A stretch of DNA of 64,000 bases from Lama guanicoe (taxonomy: Eukaryota), in contig MU053513.1 of NCBI GenBank assembly GCA_013239625.1, forward strand, positions 3,764,303 through 3,828,302, written 5' to 3'. Positions 63,961 to 64,000 of the stretch are shown piece after piece. Below the pieces are notes generated by a model. That model worked only from the letters and a program-made list of their open reading frames with translations, was not told the DNA's origin and did no database searches. The translations under genes were made by a program, and so were the position numbers. Position 1 is the stretch's first letter; each line of letters begins with the position of its first letter.

Positions 63961-64000
63961 TATAATGATTTCTGTCTATTCCTTGGGGTTTGAATTGGTA

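Noticed and set aside
1..64000. tRNA, rRNA, snRNA genes, processed pseudogenes or a novel multi-gene system
   Set aside because: None recognised by eye. Infernal/Rfam and tBLASTx searches would be needed to exclude small RNAs or decayed pseudogenes.

Overview
Eukaryotic (mammalian) genomic DNA. The two young L1 3' ends suggest a cetartiodactyl, possibly a camelid, but that is an inference. The window contains one complete protein-coding gene, LHX8 (LIM homeobox 8), on the minus strand. I assembled nine coding exons by hand (51525 down to 26787). All introns are GT-AG with consistent phases, giving 1134 nt or 377 aa: two LIM domains plus a homeodomain. A clear poly(A) site lies near 26250-26280. 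Upstream (48.7-61.5 kb) is a chain of CpG islands with motif-dense, enhancer-like AT-rich blocks between them. Positions 1-26 kb are intergenic and filled with old repeats (MIR, L2, CR1/L3, MER5, ERVL LTRs). I found no evidence for a novel multi-gene system, and most listed ORFs are spurious. The most interesting observations are regulatory. Most exons start with a donor-like GT, so re-splicing or recursive splicing is possible. The short 3' UTR holds a triplicated 9-mer together with CPE, Pumilio and miR-302/17-type sites. There is an intact MYWK N-terminal exon, a recent 33-bp promoter duplication next to LHX-type motifs, several candidate enhancers, and two young TSD-flanked L1 insertions. 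Exon coordinates were counted exactly; repeat boundaries are approximate.
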